Source: Utricularia gibba (Eukaryota; Plantae; Magnoliophyta). Taken from it: DNA of 64,000 bases. Of this stretch, positions 1-13,229 are shown one piece after another. A model generated the notes under the pieces. That model had not been told where the DNA came from. It was given only the letters and a program-made list of their open reading frames with translations, and did no database searches. Where the stretch lies: NCBI GenBank assembly GCA_002189035.1, contig NEEC01000019.1:1860001-1924000 (forward strand), written 5' to 3'. Numbering within the stretch: the stretch's first letter is position 1; every line of letters starts with the position of its first letter. The position numbers and the translations under genes are program-made.

Positions 1-687
1 CTCTTGACTGGACAAGGTGTGATCATGATATTTTTGCAATCACAATTCACACTTTATAATCAAGCATTTAATTAAATCTTATTATGTTTGATATGTTAGC
101 TTAAAAGGAATAAAGAAATGCAAAAAATGAAAAAAAAAGCACAATTACGATAATCCGATATCCCAAATATATTTATAACCACTTGTTTTGATTAGTTATC
201 CTTAGTATTGAAATGATTTATTATGAAAAAATAGAACAAGAATAATCGAATAAAATATAATTAAAATTTTAAAATTAGAAAATCGAATCAAATCTATCAT
301 TTCCTACCAATACTTAAAATACTAGGAATTGATTGCAATATTAAAAACTAGGTATTTATTGAAATAAATAGAAAATCACGTATTTATTGAAAAACACATG
401 TTATATTTTAATTTCCATATAGGGTATAATTGAAGTGTAACATATAATTAATTATTTAAGTCATATTAGTTTTTGAATAGGTGTGAAAAGAAATTGGCTA
501 AAGTAACGCGCACACGGCACTCCTCAGTCACCTAGTCTTGGCTTTCATTTGCCAAGTCATGCATCATCTCTCTAAAGTCTCAATTAATGCAAATTTTTTT
601 ACAGAATTTATAGGAAACAGGAACGAGCAGTTTGAATGCATCAAGGAGCTTGACTGATATTCCATTTGCCTCTGCCTGCTATCGTTG

Positions 688-3330
688 ATGAACGGCAACG
701 GAAGTAGCATCGTGGAGACGGCGCTTGCTTCTCTCGGCCGTGGCTTCGATTACTCCTCCGATTTCAGGCTCCAATACTGCAAGGGCAATGAGAGGCTCAT
801 CCTCGTCAACCATATCGATACGCGAGTTCTTCAAATCCCGGGCTTCGGATCGTATTCCGACGTCTCCGTCGACATTAAGGCCGGCAAGGGAGATCGCACG
901 AGATACCAGTCCGATATCCTCTCCTTCACGAAGGTAAAAACAGAACACTATTATTCAATCTTTCTCTTGTGTAAATTTCAAATAGTTTGTGAAATTGGAT
1001 CAGATGTGCGAATTGTGCAACCAGAAGAGTTGCGTGCCGGGGAAGCTCCCGTCGGGGCAATTCAACTCGATGTTCGGGTACCAGTCGGGTGCGTGGGCGA
1101 AGGACGCGGAGCGGATGCGTGCCCTGGGGTTCGATGGATATTTCATCGAGCTCTTCAACCTTCGTCTCGATCGGTACCCGTTGATTGTTACGGACCAGGT
1201 ACGGAACGACGTTCCTCCTACGTGGGACCCCCCTGCTCTCGCAAGGTAACACACATCAATCACGGAGCAGTGCTACTAGTCAAAAATTGGCGTATATCTT
1301 CTCACAGAGTCAAATATTGAAACCTTGAGATCTTGAAAAACTTCATCACTTGTCGCGGCTTTTATTCGTCTTTTTGTTTATTTTCTAAAAATCCAGTTTC
1401 GGATTTCATTATTTTTCAAATTAGGCGGCCAAACTGGTACAATAATTCAAGTTTTTATCTTATTTTCACAGGTTAATTGCTCGTGGAATTAGTAGGCAAA
1501 ATTTTGTGTGTTTTATTGGAGGTTTTGATAAATGTGATGATGATGATGATCTTTGGATGCCAGATTCATAGACAAGTATGGGACTCATGTGATAGTTGGG
1601 GTGAGCATCGGCGGCCAGGACGTGGTTCTGGTGAAGCAAGACAACTCATCCCAACTCGACCCATCCCACCTCAAATCCCATCTCCACGATCTTGGCGACC
1701 AGCTCTTCAATGGCACCTGCCCTTTCTCCCCCGGAGGACCCAAACACAAGGTGTTTCTTTCTTTCCAGTACGCCAAAATATTGTTTTTTTTCTTTTTTTC
1801 TGGTGTTTCACCCCCTGAAACACAGATTCCGACGGCCTTCCACGTGTTTGATCCGGAATGGGATCCACTACCGAACCACACCTCGATCACCAGCAAAGAT
1901 GTAAGCATGTACATTGGTTCCTTTGTTTCGGAAACCATTTGCTAACATTCTGCGCACTTGGCGTCAGGGGATTACCGTGCTGTGCCAAAGAAGAGGGGGA
2001 GATCCATCAGCAAGAACCCATTCCGAATGGCTGCTGACTGTCCCTTCAATGCCCGATGCGCTTCACTTCATTTTCATTCCCATAACCTCTCTTCTACAAG
2101 GTGTCCCCGGCCGAGGGTTCCTCTCGCACGCCATCAACCTGTACCTCAGATGTGCGTAACCCTAACGACGTCGTGTTGACTTACAGTGCACTGTCTCACC
2201 CAACCCATGTTTGGTGAAAATGCAGATAAGCCTCCCATGGTAGACTTGGAGTACTTCTTGGACTTCCAAGTCCATAAGACTTGGGCTCCGATGCACAGCG
2301 ACCTTCCGCTCGCCCCAACACGGACGATGGGTCGTGATGCTCCTAAACTCAGCTTCAATTTAATGGGGCCCAAGCTCAACGTCAATCCGGCCCAGGTAAT
2401 TTGTATTAAATATTGATGAAAATAACTTATAAATAAATGGATAATTTGAAAAATATAATGCTTTATTTTAATAATATAGAACTAATTAAATTCACATGAT
2501 AAAAATATTAAATATCATAATCTTTTATGACCGGTAATTATCATAAATAATATTTTAAATGCAGGTTTTCGTGGGTGACACTCCGGTCACTGGGATGCGG
2601 TTGTACCTGGAGGGCAACAAGTGCAACCGGTAAGGAAAAAAAAAAAAAAACTTCAATTAAAAATTGGGAAATAATTTATAAATGCAACGGTTTGGTTCCG
2701 AACAGGTTGGCGGTACATCTGCAGCACCTGGCAAATGCTCCGACGTTCCTGCGGAACAGAATCCACGGTGACTTGTCTCGATGGCGCGGCTCCCACGAAA
2801 ACCACGACGCGGTCAGTTTTCTGGAGCCAGTGATGTGGAAGAAATTTTCTCATATCTGCGCAGCTCCGGTCAAATTCGACCGAAGGTGGCTTGACCCAGG
2901 CGGCGTGTCGGTCTTTATCGTCACCGGGGCTCAACTCTACGTCATGATTCACGAAACTAAGCCCGTATTGAATCTCCGATTGTGCTATTCCAGAGTATCC
3001 GACTGCTACGTGGTGCAATCGAACTGGATGCATTGCGCTTCGGAAAAGCAATCCCTAAAATCCGGCTTCCTGTCATCGATTAGTTCATCGCTTTACGCGA
3101 AACCGGAGAACGGGATGTTTCCGAATGTGATACTGGACTCCGCAGTTTTCCCGGGCCGGCCGCCGGTCCCTGTAGAGGCGCCGAAATTGCTGAAGTACGT
3201 TGACACGGCGGAGATGAGCCGTGGCCCGTCGGACAATCCCGGGCACTGGCTTGTGACCGGTGCGAAATTGGGGTTGGAGAATGGCAGAATTTGCCTAAGA
3301 GTTAAGTTCTCTTTGTTGACCCTCCTGTAA
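688..3330 (+). CDS. MACPF domain-containing protein (At1g14780/NSL1/CAD1 family), 8 exons
   Basis: GT-AG exons 688-933, 1004-1245, 1564-1750, 1826-1900, 1968-2151, 2226-2395, 2565-2629, 2706-3330 splice in frame. Motifs LGRGFDYSSDFRL, KYGTHVIVGVSIGGQDV, GFLSHAINLYLRYKPP and GHWLVTGAKL...RVKFSLL are typical of plant MACPF proteins. Confidence 0.93.
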
Positions 3331-3906
3331 GCAAAACCATCATATTCCTCATTTGAGTTACGGTGATCAGATCTCCATCTAGGAATCTGATCTCCCCGTT
3401 TTTTAAGCATAAGTTGTCTTCTAGCTTTCACTGAACTTGGAGTGTTCGCATCCGGTGAAAAGTAGGAAAAATTCTGTGAATAGTTGAGTTTATTTATCTT
3501 CATTTAATGTTCGCCACCTACCATCTCCCAATAAATACTGAAGACTGAAGTTTCTGATAAGTGACTTCCAATAAGAAGTTGCTGGGTTAAAGCTTTCTGT
3601 TTCCTCCCTTCAGTGAAAAACCCCTTGGGAAAGCAGTTTGGTTGTTGTTCATTGAGGAAATTTTGGAACTTGTCCGGATCAAGCCTATATACCACACGTT
3701 AGGTAACCAATGATACGTCTGAACTCTGAATTCTTTATCTATTTATTTGTTCATCTTAGATTAGTAATTCTGAATACCAGGAAGGAGCCAATCAGACTTA
3801 ATATATTAGCATTTTTTGTTGAGAAAGACGATAGCTTTTGCAACCGCCGAGTCTGACCTCTTCCCATCCTTGACCCTCCATCTTCAAGGGGTGTTCAACA
3901 ACAATA

Positions 3907-5306
3907 ATGGATGGAAATCAGGAGCTTGCTCTTGCCCAGATGCGGAGATCAGTCCAGCAACTTGGTGGGGATACCGAGGTAATATTTTAAATCACTTCTA
4001 ACGTTAAGGCTTTTGCTCTCTACATGTGAAGGGTTTAGGCACAAAGTTTCTACATGATTCTTGACTTGTACAAGTGGGCAGGGTTATGGGAACTTAACCT
4101 TGATGAGATTCTTGGTGGCGAGATCTATGGATTTGGAGAAGGCTGCGAAGATGTTTGTGGAGTGGCAACAATGGAGGACTTCCTTCGTGCCCGGCGGACG
4201 AATCCCCGAATCTGAAATTCAATACGAATTAGGTTGTGAGAAAATTTATTTGCAGGGGCTATCAAGAAAAGGGCTACCAGTTCTCATAGTTAAAGGAGGG
4301 AAGCATTATCCATCCAAGGATCAACTTCAGTTTAAGAGTACTATGCTCCCTGCCTTCTATTGCTTATTATTTTTCTCCTATCTTATGTCTTGATCTGCCT
4401 GATTCGGTTCGGTTTATCTTCATTTTGATGAAAATGTGGGAACTGATGATCTTTTTTTTTTTTTTAATTTTCTGGTGCTTCTGATGGTGAGCCATTAAAC
4501 ATGTTCCTCCTTAACTTTTTTTGCTGCAGAGTTTATAGTTCATATACTGGACAAAACCATTGAAAGGTAAGCTTTTTCCTTTCATCTCCTTGGTTCCTTT
4601 CTTTTTTCCTTTTCAAATGGTTTTGTTTCTGAAATTTTCATTTACTCTGGTTCAGTGGTTTCAAGGGACAAGAAATAGGCAATGAAAAGTTAGTCGGAAT
4701 CATTGATATGAAGCACATCTACTTGAAAAACCTGGATACACGCGGTCTGATCACTAGCTTTCAGTTCCTGCAAGTAAGTCGCCCCCGTCATGGCCCTTCT
4801 CTCTATGAATACTTGCTTTTCCATAGTACCTCTACAATTAGAACACCAAGGTGTAGAAAAACATGCTTTTCCCTGGTGCCCAAGCACTGTCTCAGGATAT
4901 CTACAACAAGTGGTTCCGGGTCTCGGATCCCATGTCTCTGTTGTGTAACAGGTGTTGTGTGCAGGCATATTACCCGGAGCGGCTAGCGAAGGCGTTCCTT
5001 GTAAACATGCCACGATTCTTCGTCCACGTCTGGAGATTTGTATGTCGCTTTCTGGAGAAAGCAACCTTGGAAAAGGTCCGTGCACGAAACCAGTTGCAAA
5101 TCATGAAGCTACAGAATAGAACGTTTACACGGTAGCAAACATGTTGTGCACTGCAGATTGTGGTGGTGACCAATGAGGAAGAGCAGCGAGATTTCGTGGC
5201 GGAGATTGGCAAAGACACGTTGCCGGAAGAATACGGAGGCCGAGCGAAGCCCATCCTCCTCCAAGATTTCCCCGTAAGCCCCCTCCATCATCCAACCACG
5301 GACTGA
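3907..5306 (+). CDS. CRAL-TRIO/Sec14-like lipid-binding protein (random slug 5-like), 6 exons
   Basis: Exons 3907-3978, 4082-4337, 4530-4566, 4656-4773, 4965-5075, 5157-5306. Motifs LMRFLVARSMDLEKAAKMF, LQAYYPERLAKAFLVNMP and LPEEYGG. Confidence 0.9.
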
Positions 5307-6074
5307 AGACGACCACTCAACTTGTCTGCTTGCAACTCCCTGGGAAATGACACGTTATGTTACCTGTTGAAGGGGCAATGCCATGCCGCATTCATTTTCT
5401 AGCTGAAAAAGTAGAGCCAGTTTACCATCAGAGACGAAGCCACGCTTCAACAAATGAAGGCACCCAAGGAAAAAAAAACTTGTATCATATGTATTTGTTA
5501 TTAAAATTATACACTTACATTATGATGAACTATTTGACGCCACTAAAAAGATATAAACTTGTCACCGTTAAATATGTTTTCTTTTTTAATTTTTTTAAAA
5601 AATTGACATCAGTCACCTAATTTCTAGGTAAGCCACTGCTTACCATGGGAGTCTTCGACGGGGCGATGAGTGATGATAGCATTAGCAGGAATGGTGGAGA
5701 CAGGTTTGAAAGATGTATTCACATGTGAAAACTCCAGTTCAAGACGGATACTGCACAGATAGAGACAAGCAAACATCAAATGCAATCCGAGTAAGAAAGG
5801 GAAGAATTCCCAAACGAAGAAGGCTCACGCACAACTACCACTTGATTTACTTGTCTGCACTTCATACCACGCAACTGCTGCTACTGCCTGCCACAGCAAT
5901 ACACTGAGACGCAATCAATCGTTTCCATCGCATACAGCATCATGCCATCGCAGAGGGCACCAGGAGCAACTTGTTATTAAATGGAACTGTTAACATGTAG
6001 CTCGGAGAGTTGTACACGATAAAACAAAACGTCTCACATCAGACTTCAGCGTCTGCTTCATGTCTTGGGATTTA

Positions 6075-7310
6075 AAGGATTTGGGAACCATACCTTGCTT
6101 TGCTCCTTGAATACACAAGTCTTTCTCTCACGCTTCTTCTCTCTTCTCATCTTCTTGGCTCCAACTTCCATTGCTCAAGCCAAGGTCTCCGCTTGTTTTT
6201 CTAAAATCTGATCAAAGGGGAGGACAGGAAACCTTCTTAACTTTTGTGCAAGAAAAAATTCAACAGCATATATGTAGAAATGATTCAACCTCCATTGCAT
6301 TATCCTTTGAGACTTTGATCCTTTTCTTGAAAGCTTTCTGCAAAGCAACCACCTCTTTCTGCAATAAACTAGGCATAAACTAGGCACTGTATCCTCAGAA
6401 TCTGATCAAATTTGTGCGTCACTACACTAGTGTTCGCTTCTGGAGTTTCCCCACTGTGTTATTGGGATCTTCAATTTCCTTAAATTCGCCACATTCGTCT
6501 TGCTTGAAACTTGGACCTGCTCCATTCATGGGGCTTTAATCCTGTGCTAAGATCGCGGTCCACCATCGAAGGACATTGATGCCACCTTTGCAGATTTCAA
6601 AACTGTACTGCTCCCAGAATATTTACTTTGAAACAATGTGAATCTTTTAGATAAAGTGAATGAAACTGGCAGCTAATTTGGTGATATTTTCAGATCCGCC
6701 AAGTGATTGGCTGCGTGATAACCCATTTTTTGCGCTTCTTGGTTCCGAAGTGCCACCAAATGCCACAATTGGTGATCTCAAGTTTTCCTCAATAACCTTC
6801 AGCCAGCGTTTCTCTATGATTTTTTTTTTTCTGTCACAACCAGAAAATTGGCATGCAAGACTAAACCGACCCTTTTCAATAGCCTTTTTTATTTTTTACT
6901 GGCGGTCTCTCGGCGAGTTTCAAAGTCCTTGATCTTTGAATAGGTTTCTCCCGATTCCCTCTCCTTATTTGAAAACAAAAAAACCAATTCATTTACGAAA
7001 GATAAGCGGAGCCAGAAAGGTGATGTTAAAAATTCAAATCAGAAAACGAATCCCGTGGTACCAGAAACAGAGACTGACCTCTGACCTCCCCCTCCAGTTG
7101 ATTAACCGCCAACTTCACCGGATCCGAACCTAGAGCGTTAATCAACTCATCGAAATCAAAACTAGGTCATACAAACGACCTCCGCCATGACGCTAAACCC
7201 TTGAACGACGCCGGCACCGTAAGCCTCTGTCCTCAAGCCGCCGCATAAACGCCGGCGTCACACAAGAAAAAGCCTCCGCAGTCGTACCAAAACTTCCGTC
7301 CCCAGCAACC
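6075..7310 (-). pseudogene. MAP70: MAP70 (microtubule-associated protein 70) pseudogene with internal deletion
   Basis: Minus-strand fragments LTVPASFK...PSFDFDELINALGSDPVKLAVNQLEGEVR, KRWLKVIEENLR...SRSQSLGGSENI, STVLKSAK...SFDGGPRS, LQKEVVALQK and AMEVGAKKMRRE follow the order of plant MAP70. In-frame stops at 7167-7169 and 6547-6549, several frameshifts, an 11-bp tandem duplication (6364-6385) and missing central exons. Confidence 0.85.
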
Positions 7311-7667
7311 TACCTTATCCACGCCGATCTACTCCTGCCGTTAACTCGCATCAAAATCCCCCAAACACGAAACACAAGAGGCATTTGAATATAGTGCGCG
7401 AAGCGTGAAGCGAATTAATTTTACAGCCTGTATTTTAGTATGCTATTTTCATTTTAAATATTAAATAAAAATATATTTAACTGCATAATTCATTAATTAT
7501 ATTTTGACTATAAATTTTAAACCCAATAATCATCCTTCAATAATATCCATCGGCTGATTTTGGAAAATTACCATTTACTTCACTAGATCACATATTTTGC
7601 ATTTCGCTCCCCTCAGGGAAGAACAGCTTCGCGCCCACGCAAAATATGTATAAAAACACAGACTATC

Positions 7668-7874
7668 TCAGTTACTGATGCAGCAGTCGCCTTCACCGAG
7701 CCCCAACGGCGACCTCCGCGGCGGCCGCTGCCGTTGCGGCCTGATCTCCGGCCGCGGTCCCGACACTTCGACGGTCCCCGACTCTTGCTTTATTCTCCTG
7801 ACCTGGCTGTGAACCCCACTCCCTCTAAACCTCTCGCCGTCGTCTCGGCTCTCCGCCATATCGCACCGATCCAT
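7668..7874 (-). CDS. Small uncharacterised plant protein (63-68 aa, single exon)
   Basis: GC-rich ORF flanked by AT-rich DNA; possible starts at 7874 or 7859. HSQVRRIKQE...RPEIRP...RRSPLGL resembles a motif pattern I recall from small unannotated angiosperm proteins (from memory, not searched). Confidence 0.65.
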   Translation of the reverse strand: MDRCDMAESRDDGERFRGSGVHSQVRRIKQESGTVEVSGPRPEIRPQRQRPPRRSPLGLGEGDCCISN

Positions 7875-9328
7875 GGCACCGGGACATGATTCAGGGGATA
7901 CTTATAGGAGACCCGAGGAAGAACTGTTCAACGGGCGTCCGTGGGAACCGGGAACACTGTTCAAAACACCTTCGTCAACCGGTTGACATTGGAGCAGGTC
8001 AACCCACCTCTCTTCCATGTGTTGAAAGAATTAGGCGATATCGACGTGTACGTGTCTCATATCTGAAAAATACACATTAACATCATATTCCGTACGTCTC
8101 ATGCCAAAGCTATAAACTTTATCTTATACATCATTTTGGAATCCATAGTACTTGTGTGAAATTAGATATTATTAGATAAAATAATCTTACATCGAGATTG
8201 AGTTCAATATTTTTCAATATGATCTACGTTTCTTATATATTTAAGTTTAAATAGATATTGGGCATGATTTGTATGTATGGCTCACTAGTTTTGATTTTTG
8301 GGCAAGGACTTGGAAAAGGATGGTGGGTTGGTGTGTGATCATTGGAATGTTGATTTGGGCGGAGTCACGGATGGATGGGGAAGTTGGCCGGCGGCAGAAT
8401 TTCGGCTTGACATGGACCAGGTCAGCTTTTACCGGTTCTCAAAATTTTTCAAGTAAAAATTAATCAACTGCAAAACCACACCAAAACTAGTATTTATTAT
8501 GATAATTTAATTATTTGTAATTAAATATTATATATTTATAATTTAAAAATATATGGTTAAAATAATATTGTATTTGGGTAGATATATTATGATAAATTTT
8601 AAAAAATATCAGACTATATAAATGTATTAACCACGTACCAATTTAATTTGATTGCATATAGTGCCTGACATGGCACATCCAGGGCGGGGGATATGCCACG
8701 TCTACCAACACCATCCGGCGGCTGAAAGCAGACCATCTCCACAAGTTGAAGGAATCAAATGTGGGTTGGGCAAGATGATAGATACCCTTTTCCGGAATCT
8801 TCCGCAGCCTAAGAATGGTCTCGTCAGAGCCAGGTTCGGTCGGTAATCGTCTCTTCTGTCGGGATAACAATGAGACGGCGGTTGACAGAGTTTACCAGTT
8901 TTGAAATTAATAATTAGATGGATGTTAACACATGTAAAACCTAAATATACAAAAAAAACGTAAATAATATTAAAAAAATTAGATTTAATCGATTATAATT
9001 TAATTATTTCATTTTAAAATAACGATATATAATTGTTTATTCTAACAAACACCGCATACAAAAAAGGGATACTATATTAAACTACAATAAGCATGATAAA
9101 AACGTTCTTCTCGCATCTATGTAATGATGTCTTATGAATCATCACCCGGTCTGTGTGGTGACAGATTTCCGCCGGCAGACCGGAAAACGCCCACCTTTTT
9201 TGCCTTGATCCCCCTTTTAATCATACTTATCTACTATTCGGTCTCGTATTCTCTTTGTCCCCGTGTGTTATTATTTCTATATATATACGTGTGGCTGGGT
9301 TAAGGCATGGTTCTGTTAGTCTTCGAGA

Positions 9329-10514
9329 ATGGCGACCGGCGGTGCCCGGACCGGGAGAGCTCTGCAGCGGTATAACAAGGATATGGGCCGCCTTATTGTC
9401 GGGTAAGTAATCCGTCTCTGTGTTAAGTTAGTTAGTTACATGGGGAGTTAGTTGAATGGCCGCTTCGTTGTTGCGTCCAGATGCATTCCGTACAGGTACA
9501 AGAACGGGAAGAGGAGGGAGATCCAGGAGTTGGAGGTCCTTGTCATCACTTCGCCCAAGCGGGAGGCGATGATGTTTCCCAAGGTGATGATGATTCCATT
9601 CTCTAAACGGAGTGGAGGTCGCCTCTTTCTTTTTTTCTTTTTAATTATTTAATGACATTGGAATCCTAATCATAATAATTGGAATAGATTTTTTTTAGAA
9701 GTATTATTTAAGTTTAAATATATAAGAAACTTAAATAATATTAGAAAAAAATAGATATAATTGATGTATAATTTTTTATATAATTAATTATTTTATTTTA
9801 AAATTTTGATTTAGTATTGGTTATTCTAAAATTAAATTTAATATATATGTAATTTTTTATATAGTTGATTATTTAATTTTGAAATTTCGATTTGGGATTC
9901 ATTGTTCTAATGTGATAGACTAAAAACACACAAATAACATGTAATTCATGGAGTTGATGGGGAGTGTTGTAGTAGGGTCGACTAACAGAGATGGCGTTTC
10001 TTGCATTGGAGGAAGCAGGGCGGGTGGGAGTTGGATGAGTCCATGGAGGAGGCGGCGTCCCGGGAGTCGCTGGAGGAGGCCGGCGTCGTCGGAAACCTGG
10101 AGGTAGCATACACTCCTGCATTCAAATGGTCGGAATCCCAGTGTATGTTTCTTTAATTCCTAATCGGAGAATGTACGGGCGTGCAGTGTGAGCTCGGGCG
10201 ATGGGTATACAAGAGCAAGAAGCACGAGTCATATCGCGAGGGCTTCATGTTTCCCTTGCTGGTAACTCAGCAACTCGACGCCTGGCCGGAGAAATGTGCT
10301 CGGAAGAGGCAGTGGGTAGGTAACACACACAGCGCATTACCAGCACTGAGACAGAGGAATGGAGGAACCAAGACTGTGACTAACGCATGGTTTCATTGCA
10401 CCGCAGATGAGCGTGGACGAAGCCAGAACTGCTTGCGAGCAATGGTGGATGAAGGAAGCCCTCGACGCCCTGGTGCACAGATTACACCATCCCAAGTCCG
10501 TAATTAAAAATTAA
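9329..10514 (+). CDS. Nudix hydrolase (NUDT17/18/21 clade), 5 exons
   Basis: Exons 9329-9402, 9481-9583, 10019-10102, 10187-10315, 10407-10514. N-terminal RTGRALQRY, GCIPYR, complete Nudix box GGWELDESMEEAASRESLEEAGV and WWMKEAL. Confidence 0.93.
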
Positions 10515-11660
10515 TTGATTTTTTTTTTAAGTTCCGTAGGAAGTTGCAATTGGTAGAGTGGTTCAAATGATTAAATATCTGTATGTTGATAACAATATAT
10601 GTTTAGTAAATTAAGTATATAACATTAATGTAAAATACTTCTAAATACGTATTTCAAAACTTCCATTCTATGCGGATTAATTTTGATAAACAATCCAATT
10701 TATAAAGTATTTGTTTTAACCATATTTATTAAATATAATATTATTTTTAATATTATATTATATTTACTATATAATATATTTCATTTAAAATATAGATAAA
10801 TCAAATATATATTTGTTGTGGTAAAAAATCGATCTTATTGAAATGAATCGGTTTTCGAGTTAAGAAGCCGATTTATTTATAGTTGATTTATGGCTTTTTG
10901 CTTGCAGGTTGCTATTAGCATAAAAGAAATGAAAGTAGATAAGGATATTTACATGAAAATTGTTGAAACTAAAAAATCATGAAAATATTGAAGATCACAA
11001 GATAAATGAATTTTATTACAGATAAAAAATAAAAATATTATAAAATAATAGATATAAAGTTCAATCCTTTTTTATAAAACATTATCGTATATTAGCCACT
11101 TTTTGCACTTGATAGCACTATATGTAATTCTGTTAACACATAACCGCTAGTTGTTCTAAGACACTACAATTTGGCTATTTTTCAGACTCGGGTGCCATTT
11201 CTAAGTTGTGATTTCATTACACACTATCAGAATCTGTTTGATATATTTTCCGAAAAGATTTCATCTCCACATGACATATACCCATTTGGATTAGAACCCC
11301 ATCAATATTAATTATTAAAAAATCACATGGCAATCATATGTGAATAGCTTTCCACGATCCATGGAGCGTACACAGGGATGAGAATGTTTTGTGTGTGTGG
11401 GCCAGGTCCGTGGTTGTGTTGCAGCAGCGAATGTTTTCAAATACGCAATGCCTAAACCCTTTTTTGAGTTTCTTATAGTTTTTGTTTTGTCCGAAGATGG
11501 TGGAGCCGCCTCCACGTTTCGACCATCAACAGTGTGGTGGGTGAGAAGACGCTCTCGTCTCCTTAAAGCATCTTCTTCATCTTCCCATCACGTCAAGTTT
11601 TCTCTTCTTTCTCTATAAACCGCTCCAGATGAGGCTCCCACTTTGAATCGTTTTGGGAAA

Positions 11661-12804
11661 ATGGAGGAGAATCATCGGGACGACAACATCTCCCATCTGC
11701 AGAAACACGTTATGTTCTTCGATCGGAACAACGACGGCGTCGTTTACCCCTCGGAGACATTCAAAGGTTTTTTTTTTTTTTTTTTGTATTTTATCAGATC
11801 CTGATTTCCCGTGATTTTGTCTTTCTCGGATTCGATTGTTGTGAAATGCTAATGATTGTGGTTTTTCAGGGTTTCGAGCAATTGGTTGTGGGCTTTTGCT
11901 ATCATCTTTCGCCGCTGTCTTCATCAATGTCGGTCTCAGTCGCAAAACGCGACCTGTAAGATGCTTCACTGTTAAAAAAATCTCTAATTAACATAAACCC
12001 CATGACTTCAACTGCTTTCTCTCGAGAACAGGGGAAACCCTTTTCATTCCGATTCCCAATTGAAGTGAAAAACATCAGTTTAGCCATTCACACCAGCGAT
12101 TCCGGGGTGTACGACAAAGATGGCAGGTGGGTCTTTTTTTCAAATTTCAGTCCCAAAGTAACAGCACAGTAGGATAACCGCTGCTTTCTCCTTTGTAGAT
12201 TCGATCCTGCCAAATTCGAGGAGATTTTCGCAGAGCATGCGAAAACACACAAGAATGCATTGACATACAAGGAGTTGAAAGGTCTACTGAGAGCTAACCG
12301 GCAACCAAATGATTTCGCTGGATGGTAGTGGCCCTCACTCACCCCAGTCTCAGTCCAAGATACGAAATCTAGTTCATTGAATGATCATAAATATCGCTTT
12401 GCAGGATTGCGGCCTTCTCAGAATGGAAGATTCTGTACCACATTGGTAGGGAGAAGGATGGCTTGCTTCGAAAAAGCACGGTGAGTGCAGTTTATGAAGA
12501 TTGATTTCAATTTCCCTCGGCTGCCGGAATCCCACTCTTATGCTGATTTCGTATGAAAATACAGGTGAAAGGCGTGTATGATGGAAGCTTGTTCGCCCGA
12601 TTGGCTGAGGAAAGGGCCGCCAAAGGAAGTAAACAGAGACTGGAAACCGGAACTGTGTGCTGTGTGTGTTTGTATCGGGGCGAGAACTGCGATATGTATG
12701 CAAAAGAACGTCTCCCAAGTGCTTGCGAGAGGTGCATGAACCCATTGCTTTCGCTTGTGTTCATATTCCAACACGTGCTCCATTTTACTCTACGTGTCAG
12801 TTGA
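11661..12804 (+). CDS. Caleosin/peroxygenase (PXG4/CLO4-like), 6 exons; true stop may be 12630-12632
   Basis: Exons 11661-11766, 11870-11955, 12032-12126, 12199-12324, 12405-12480, 12565-end. LQKHVMFF (His), EF-hand [12 protein letters not shown], proline-knot-like [23 protein letters not shown] and YDGSLF. Start codon is uncertain. Confidence 0.88.
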
Positions 12805-13229
12805 CAATTGGCCTTTTTTTAGTATGTGTTTATTGTAAAAATATTAAAGGATAATAATTTTCATGTAGAATATAATCAATATATATTAAACAAACCGGAT
12901 TTACGGGAGGCGATTATAGTGGGCCGGACCCGGGGATGGGTGACATCGCAATCAGTTGGGCTGGGCCCGGTCCTCCTGGACGGCAGTAACGTATATAAAT
13001 ATATAATAAATAATTATTTTTTTTTATTTTGTTTTAATCAAATTGATAGGAAGGGGTTGTCTAGGGCGTGTTTCTTGGACGCGTTACGGAAGAGTTTGGA
13101 TTCCTCCAGGTATCTTCGGGTTTCCACAGGGGAACTGGGTTTCTTGTTTCTTCTACAAATTGAAGCGATCAGGTACTTGTGAGTTTGGCATCCGTTGTTT
13201 GCCTGAGATTTCTGCTGCTGATTTGAAGG

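Noticed and set aside
4338-4529. U12-like branch point TCCTTAAC (4508-4515) in CRAL-TRIO intron 2
   Set aside because: The donor is GTACTATG, not GTATCCTT/ATATCCTT, so it is treated as a U2 intron with a coincidental match.
5640-6070. Mixed-composition stretch with a GTGATGA (C-box-like) motif and short ORFs
   Set aside because: No nearby D box or terminal stem, and no recognisable protein. Probably former 3' end of the MAP70 pseudogene or 3' flank of the CRAL-TRIO gene.
11391-11660. Possible upstream caleosin exon with a hydrophobic N-terminus (MPKPFFEFLIVFVL...)
   Set aside because: The best donor (GTGAGA at 11541) does not give an ATG-initiated frame compatible with the acceptor at 11628; no supportable model.
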